A stretch of DNA of 64,000 nucleotides, from positions 15,686,001-15,750,000 of the forward strand of contig CM022677.1 of the NCBI GenBank assembly GCA_012295275.1, in the 5' to 3' direction. This document shows positions 57,111 through 64,000 of this stretch, in pieces. A program made the translations under genes and the position numbers. The first letter of the stretch is position 1. Each line of letters begins with the position of its first letter. Source of the stretch: Chrysomallon squamiferum (taxonomy: Eukaryota > Animalia > Mollusca). The notes beneath the pieces are model-generated. The model did no database searches and was not told the origin of the DNA. It worked only from the letters and a program-made list of their open reading frames with translations.

Positions 57111-57171
57111 TAACTAATGTTGATTTTATATCGTTACTATTCACCTATTCCAGTCCACAATTCAATATGGC

Positions 57172-58350
57172 GGACTGTTTGTTCAAGGCAGAGCACTGTA
57201 TCTAGTATATTACAGACTGTGGTGTGTACCACCCTATCAGTGAGTCTGTTTGTTCAAGGCAGTGCATCTTGTCCAATATATTACAGACTGTGGTACGTAC
57301 TACCCTGTCAGTGACTCTGTTTGTTCAAGGCAGTGCCATGTCTTGTATATTACAGACTGTGGTATGTACTATTCTGTCTGTGAGTCTGTTCAACGCAATG
57401 CACGGTGTCTAATACATTAGAGATAGTGGCATGTACTATCCTCTCAGTGAGTCTGTTTGTTCAAGGCATTGCGTCGTGCCTAGTATACAATACATACTGT
57501 GGTATGTACTACCCGGTCAATGACTCTGTTTGTTCATGCAGTGCTCTATGTATAGTATATTACAGACTGTGGTATGTACTATCCTGTCAGTGAGTCTGTT
57601 TGTTCAAGGCAGTTCATCTTGTCCAGTATATTACAGACTGTGGTACGTACCACCCAGTCAGAGAGTCTGTTTGTTCAAGGCAGTGCACCGTGTCTAGTGT
57701 ATTACAGACTGTGGTACGTACTACCCAGTCAGTGAGTCTGTTCAAGGCAGAGCATCGTGTCTACTATATTACAGACTGTGGTATGTACTACCCTCTCAAT
57801 GAGTGTTTGTTCAAGGCAGTGCATCGTGTCTAGCTTATTACAGACTGTGGTATGTACTACCCTGTCACCGAGTGTTTGTTCAAGGCACAGCATCGTGTCT
57901 TATGTACCAGAGTCTGTCTGTTCAAGGCAGTGCATCGTGTCTAGTATTACAGTGTATGGTATGTACTACCCTCTCAGTGATTGTTTGTTCAAGGCAGTGC
58001 ACTGAATCTAGTATATTACAGACTGTGGTATGTACTACCCTGACAGTGAGTCTGTTTATTCAAGGCAGTGTATCGTGTCTAGTGTATTACAGACTGTGGT
58101 ATGTACTACCCTGTCAGTGAGTATGTTCAAGGCAGTGCATCGCGTCTAGTATATTACAGACTATGGTATGTACCACCCTATCAGTGAGTCTGTTTGTTCA
58201 ATGTTGTGCACTGTATATATTACAGACTGTGGTATGTACCACCCTATCGGTGAGTCTGTTTGTTCAATGTTGTGCACTGTATCTAGTATATTACAGACTG
58301 TGGTATGTACCACCCTATCAGTGAGTCTGTTTGTTCAAGGCAGTGCCCCG
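57172..58350 (+). repeat. ~67-71-bp tandem array (about 17 units) related to the SINE core and to the 15386-15758 array
   Basis: Unit GTCTAGTATATTACAGACTGTGGTATGTACTACCCTGTCAGTGAGTCTGTTTGTTCAAGGCAGTGCATCGT. Confidence 0.95.
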
Positions 58351-58505
58351 TTTCTAGACTGCGGTTTTTACATCAGGTCATTCATGAAAACTTATATGAT
58401 TTACCTGTACTACAATATTAATTCAAAATGTTATTGTTTAAAAGAGAACTAAAAGAATATAATATCTAAAATGTGATATATTATAATACTTGTTTTACAT
58501 TATTA

Positions 58506-59366
58506 CCGTATATATTTGTGTATAAGTCGAATTTTTGGGAGACTATATTAAGGTAATATTTTGGGGGTCGACTTATACATAGGTAATGCTTTTGTAGCTG
58601 TTACTGAAGAGTCGCCATTTTGACTATTTTTTGCTAAGGGATGCATCTAAAATAATCGCGGTCTTTCAGCTTTTCAAAAATATAATTTTATCGTATAAAA
58701 AATTTGGAAAAATTAAATAACAAAACCAACTATGAATGTAAAACATGATATTCTTCCGTTTAATGACATAAAAATACATTTTAAAGCGAGAAAACCGTCA
58801 GTACGGCGTTATGCCTTACGGCGTCTTGCAATGATCTAGGAATGCAGACTTCTCTGCCAAATTGCACTAAATATCGGTCCTAATTTCATAAACAAAACTC
58901 ACTTGTGTAATTATAAAGAATTTGGTGAAATAATATTGCAATCGTCATTAATATCCACTACCGACAAATCGAAAACAAACTCAATTTCTATAAACGTTCT
59001 GCAACAAAAATCAGTTCAACTTCTCGCCATATTTGTTATTCTAGTCGGTTGCCAAGTGCGCGAAGCCTCGGCCAATTAGCGCGCTAGGAATAGGATCCGG
59101 GGCGTGTCTTGTAGCAGAGTTTCGATAGAAAAAAAATATTGCTGAGGTCCCGAAATTATCTTACTTTGAATTGCACGTGCAAGTTATGTTACAGTAGGCG
59201 TACAATGTAGGCCTTCATGGCACTGTCACACTGGTCTAAAAATAGTGACGGTGCCTGGAATCTACAGTCGACTTACACACAAGTAATACCTAAAATGACG
59301 CAATTTTTGGTTTTAAAATACACATCGACTTATACATAAGGTCGCCTTGTACACAAGTATATACGG
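58506..59366. mobile_element. Tc1/mariner superfamily (Tc2/pogo-like) non-autonomous element, 861 bp
   Basis: TIRs CCGTATATATTTGTGTATAAGTCGA / TCGCCTTGTACACAAGTATATACGG, with TA on both sides (58504-58505 and 59367-59368). Subterminal TCGACTTA(T/C)ACA repeats near 58568, 59268 and 59325. Confidence 0.9.
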
Positions 59367-59894
59367 TAATTCAAAATGTTATTGTTAAAAACAAAACTAA
59401 AAGAATATAAAATCTAAAATGTGATATTATAATACTGGTTGTTTTTGTCAGTCACTACGATTGATGGAAATTTGACTATTCATGAATTATTTTTTTATAT
59501 GCTATTTATTTTAAAATACTTTAAATTTTAACATGTGTTTAATGTAAAATGACTTTTTAAGCATATATTCAAGTCTGCAATCAACACTAAATAATTTCTC
59601 CATATTATTTAAGTTAAAAAACTTATAACTGTCTAACATGAATAAAGTATTATAAAATCTATTACTAACTTTCACCTAGGTAATAAAATTTTAAAAAAAA
59701 CCAAGCATATAATAAACAAATCCACAAAACACATGCACACACTGACACACAAAACACCCACTCAAGGTAAAAATGCTTTACCATATTAACACATGGTGGA
59801 GAGGAAATTTCCTATCTGTTTATCAGTGAGTTTCTTTCTAAACAAAAACATTTTACACAGTAATTGTTATAATCACTAACAACAATTTTACTTT

Positions 59895-60090
59895 TGTCTG
59901 CACCTGACACCAGAATGGAAACAGGACAAGAACAGTTTTATCTCGTTGTTATTGTAAGTGTGGTTTATGTAGCCCTGCAGACATTTGGTGCAGAACAAGT
60001 GTCCTCAATACAGAACTCACAGCTTGTCAAAAATTTCCATACAAAGACAACACGAAAGAATATCATCAGAATCTGAAGCTGTTGCCATAT
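59895..60090 (-). pseudogene. TRIM-type RING finger (C3HC4) pseudo-exon
   Basis: After attaatag the frame reads MATASDSDDILSCCLCMEIFDKL*VLY*GHLFCTKCLQGYINHT, then frameshifted CSCPVS. This is the CxxC.E.F..P..L.CGH.FC..CL...CP pattern with two TGA stops. Confidence 0.8.
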
Positions 60091-60240
60091 CTATTAATAA
60101 TAAAAATAATAATAATAACAACAACAACAACAGCAACAACAGCAGCAAGGACATGGAAGACTCAAGGAGATAAAAAATAAAATACAGAGAAAGGAAAATG
60201 TAAAAAAATAATAATAATAAAAAAATAAAAAATAAAATAA

Positions 60241-60281
<41 letters not shown>

Positions 60282-60613
60282 CAACAACAAAAAAAAGCCA
60301 ACACAATGCCATCCTTAATTAAGTACATCAGTGACAACAAAGATGTGAATAAATTCTTAAGAGCTCCAAATTAGGCAAAACAAATAATTTACATAATTTT
60401 TTCTTACAAAATTTTCATCAATGTTTATCTGAATAGGGCTAATAAAAAAAATAAAAAATGCAAGTAATGAGATAACAGTTAACAATAGCTTCTGACAAAA
60501 ATATTACATTCTGGTTATTCTTCACCTTAATTTTTATACAAATATCATAATCATCTTTGTCAGTTAAAGAGGTGACACACATGACTGGATAAGAAAAGAC
60601 AGTGTCAACTCAC

Positions 60614-61960
60614 TTGTTCTCTTCCAGCTCCATTTGATATTTTTTGTGTGATTGTTTAATGTTCCCAACATGAGTAACCATTACCTCCATTATATTTGTA
60701 CTGACTTTTACTTGTAGAATTCTCTGGTTATTAATTATTGCTCCTTTTATAAATAAATAAATTTAAATAAATAAATAAATAAAATGAAGTAAAAAAGTTA
60801 GAGTAAAGTAAAAAGAATCTTAAAATCAGACTGCCGTTTCAAGACAGGTGTCTTTATAACTGAACAAATAATTAGTCCTTAGTGATTCTATGGATTTTTT
60901 CAATAAATGAGATATTATGTGCAGACAAAGCATAATTGCCAATCATTTTCATGATTTTATAAAAACAAATATATTACATTTTTATGTAAGTTGCTTAATT
61001 CAGTGTAAGAAAACTATTTTGCATAGAATTTTGTGAAAGACTGAAGAAATATTTAAAACTAAATAAAATGAATAATGTATTTAAATACCTGCTGGACAAC
61101 ACCAAATACTTCAACTCTACTGGAGACTTGAGCTGCTCTTTGTTCCAAAATGTCGATTTGAGTTTGTATTTTACAAACAATTTCTTGTTTATTTTTATCC
61201 TTAACAAGCTGATTTAACTTCTGAAAATATGCAGTTTAAATCCACAGTTTAGTATATTGGTTTCTTCAGTTCCTATAAATACATGATGAAAGATCTGAAT
61301 GTCATTCAGTAAATACTGACATTTCCTTGTTATAAAACATTTCAATAAATTAAGTCAGCACGAATCAATATAATTATAGTAAACCAAAAATTGAAACATA
61401 ACCTTTTTTAAATCTTTTATTTTGTATTCTAATGAGATTTAATGATGCAGTTATCAATTCAAATTATTTACTGAAAAATAATCTAAAGAGATAAAAAACA
61501 TGTCTAAAATAAAGATGAATTTGATTCACATAATTAAAGGTAAAGTAGAATTTTTCATTCAGAAACACCTTCAACAAAATTAACAAGATCTGATTTTCTT
61601 TATGAACTGATTTCACACATACCTCAACATCATTCCTTAAGCCATGTAGTTCTTGGTCCATGTTCTTTTCAGCAATGTCCCACGACCTTTCTTGGCGCTC
61701 TTTTCTCTGCTCTTGAGTTAATTTGTCCATCTTGAAGGTCAGGAACTTAGTCTAGTTAAAATACCAAAAATAAACTGTAATATGTAAATTCAATCAAATG
61801 CTAATGTAAGAACATTCAAGTCACATTACACTGAAAATAATAAAGTATGTTAATAAAATAATAAGCAGACATTTCATTAGTTAGACATCATTTTGTAAAT
61901 AGGAAACATAAATTCCCTGATAGTCTGAGCAAGAGATACGTATTCTGTGTGTACGTGAGC

Positions 61961-62003
<43 letters not shown>

Positions 62004-62398
62004 GCTTGTTTGATTTTTAACATTTGTATCTATAATATGGCTTTTTAAACAGGAAAACTATCTCTTTTCATAAGCTTGTTATTTCATTTTCAGACTAAAC
62101 TGAGTGAAGATTGTCTAGTATAATAAGTTAAAGATAAATGTGTAAGAAGAAAAATTATTACTACATTTAATAAACACTAAAAGCATACACCATCTCCAAA
62201 ACAAAGATGCCTACACTAACTGAATAAATAATCATTTTTCACATATTTATTGTTTATCACATTGAAAGATCTCAATGACAAAAATTGTGATATCATTAAT
62301 CTAAAATAACAAATAAATCACATCTTTAAGTAAAATTATAAGTAAATGCAGAATAAAAATGTACTTACTTTGACTTCTTCATCTGATAAGTTGGTGAA
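60614..62398 (-). CDS. IRAG2: IRAG/LRMP (MRVI1-family) coiled-coil exons 62369-62398, 61623-61751, 61089-61220 and 60614-60723; partial gene, possibly a pseudogene
   Basis: Spliced: FTNLSDEEVK|TKFLTFKMDKLTQEQRKERQERSWDIAEKNMDQELHGLRNDVE|KLNQLVKDKNKQEIVCKIQTQIDILEQRAAQVSSRVEVFGVVQQ|..IMEVMVTHVGNIKQSHKKYQMELEEN. This matches the vertebrate IRAG motif EKEVE..F..LSLAFR.D..TLE.R....ER.R.LTEEN...AARLSSRAE.VGAV.QE.R.SKATEVMMQYVENLKR.YEK.HAEL.E. Sites are GT-AG with phase-0 junctions and no stops. The symbol is family-level only. Confidence 0.75.
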
Positions 62399-62870
62399 CT
62401 GAAATAAAAATATACAGTTGAGACAGTTGTCCTAATGGGAAAACAAATCTGGATATTGCTGATATTTTGCTAGTTAAGGAAAATGATGGATGCAACACGA
62501 ACTGCTGAACACAAAACGTGTTTCCTGAACTAATTTAACTAATGTCTGCAATGACTGAAATAAGGAAATCTCAGTATAACATAAAATGTCAGTATAAATA
62601 AAATGCATATACATGCAAAAACTCTACATGATTTAAATAAAGATAATTGAAAACTAGGGAAAAAAAAGTTAGAGAGAATGACCAATGAGCCATTTCAACT
62701 GAAGGTATAACCAGACTTGCTAATCATAAATCATTGTCAAAAAGCCCACAATAAGGACAAATGATTATTTTTAAGAACTGTTAGTGAATCACAACAATTT
62801 GACAGAACTTGATAGAATGAACTAAAAAATAATGTACAGTGACACATGATAACTATATCATAACAGATAC

Positions 62871-63757
62871 CAATGCTTTTCAGTTCTAATAACAAAATGT
62901 TAATGTCATTCTGCACTAGGTATGCGGATTCAGTCATTTTGATTACATGCTGCATTACTTTTTTGGAACACTTAGAACTGATTCTATACATCTAATTTTA
63001 GATTTGATTAAAAATATAAATTAATAATCTGGCTACAACATTAAAGTTATCCACAATAATAATCTTTTAATCCCAAAAGATAACGAGAATTCTAATTAAT
63101 TAATAATAATAAATTGCTAATGTTTTGAATGAGATGATATAATTAATTCATAAAAAAATATATATATCAGATTTGAATCCTGAATGAAATAATTCAGACA
63201 ATCGTATGATACTGCAACACTGACAAGGAAACTAATCACTTCTTTGTCATCTCATATATAAAGTTTTGACTGGTAGGAAACAGATTGTAAGGATTTACAC
63301 CTGCTTCTTCCTTAGAAATGGCAGTTTATAACATAATTACCACCAACTTGATGCCTATGCATTTGGAAGGTACATTTTTCAGGAATATCGTGGAATTTTT
63401 ATAAAACAGAATCAGGAAATGAAGTACTGGTAATAATTATTTAAAATTATATTTTTCTTCATTGAAACAAATAAAAAAATAAATAAAATAAAAATAAATT
63501 TAATATTCCTTCATTTCCCTGCAAAAATATAAATTAAGAACATTTAAAGATATCAAACAAACTACATAAGTATAAAATCTACTGATGTGTCTTTTGTCTG
63601 ACTTACATGAAAGGTCTTCCAAGCTGGTTAAGAAAATCCTCTGAAATGCTGGACATCACAACATCCAAAGTTTGTGCTGGTGATATGATAGCTATATTTA
63701 AACAACTATCTTGTTTCATGTGCAAGTCATGTTTTCTACTATTTAGCCAGATTTGTC
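62871..63757 (-). other. Candidate upstream exons on the IRAG-gene strand (62871-62991 and ~63608-63757)
   Basis: AG/GT-bounded open segments (QIWLNSRKHDLHMKQDSCLNIAIISPAQTLDVVMSSISEDFLNQLGRPF and MYRISSK...). Intervening candidates contain stops, and linkage to the IRAG exons is unproven. Confidence 0.35.
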
Positions 63758-64000
63758 TAAATAAACAAATATAAAACAAAAAGTATTTAAAAAAATCTGG
63801 TATAATTTTCTTATGTGATTAATTAATTTATCATAATTATAATTTTCTGCTATACACTGAAACAAACATAAGACTTCTTAACAGCCACCATTACAATCCG
63901 ATCTACTTACTATGTAATAATAGGTTGATCCTGTAACCAGACCAAAGAACACAAACATATCGTAATTACATTATTTATGTTTACTTTCCAAATAGTAAAT

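Noticed and set aside
57117-58452. Cys-rich repetitive ORFs in three frames
   Set aside because: They are products of the ~70-bp tandem array, whose unit length is not a constant multiple of three.
59245-59270. TAG-TGACGGTGCCTGG resembling a second TSP1 exon start (DGAW)
   Set aside because: Similarity ends after four codons and the site lies inside the Tc2-like element.

Overview
AT-rich, microsatellite-dense animal genomic DNA with GT-AG introns and a 200-N scaffold gap at 38686-38885. It is probably a mollusc, judged from a Meta/MESC-type SINE core and a GalEa-type Copia element (inference from recalled motifs). Nearly all ORFs in the supplied track are low-complexity artefacts. Hand translation with splice-site reading shows a mosaic of fragments of unrelated host genes: three prolyl 4-hydroxylase alpha pieces (two intronless), a six-exon RRM-protein pseudogene, an internally deleted CAMSAP/Patronin exon, an orphan TSP1 exon, a TRIM-type RING exon and four coiled-coil exons of an IRAG/LRMP-family gene. 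These are interleaved with transposon relics (Copia, Sola1-like, hAT-Charlie, hAT and Tc1/mariner MITEs, LINE ends) and tandem arrays, including two SINE-core-derived arrays and a 3.7-kb higher-order repeat. The ~9-kb near-identical duplication flanking the gap is most likely an assembly artefact. I found no convincing novel multi-gene system. The best leads are the gene-fragment mosaic, the intronless P4HA family and the SINE-to-satellite transition. All family assignments rest on recalled motifs, not on database searches.
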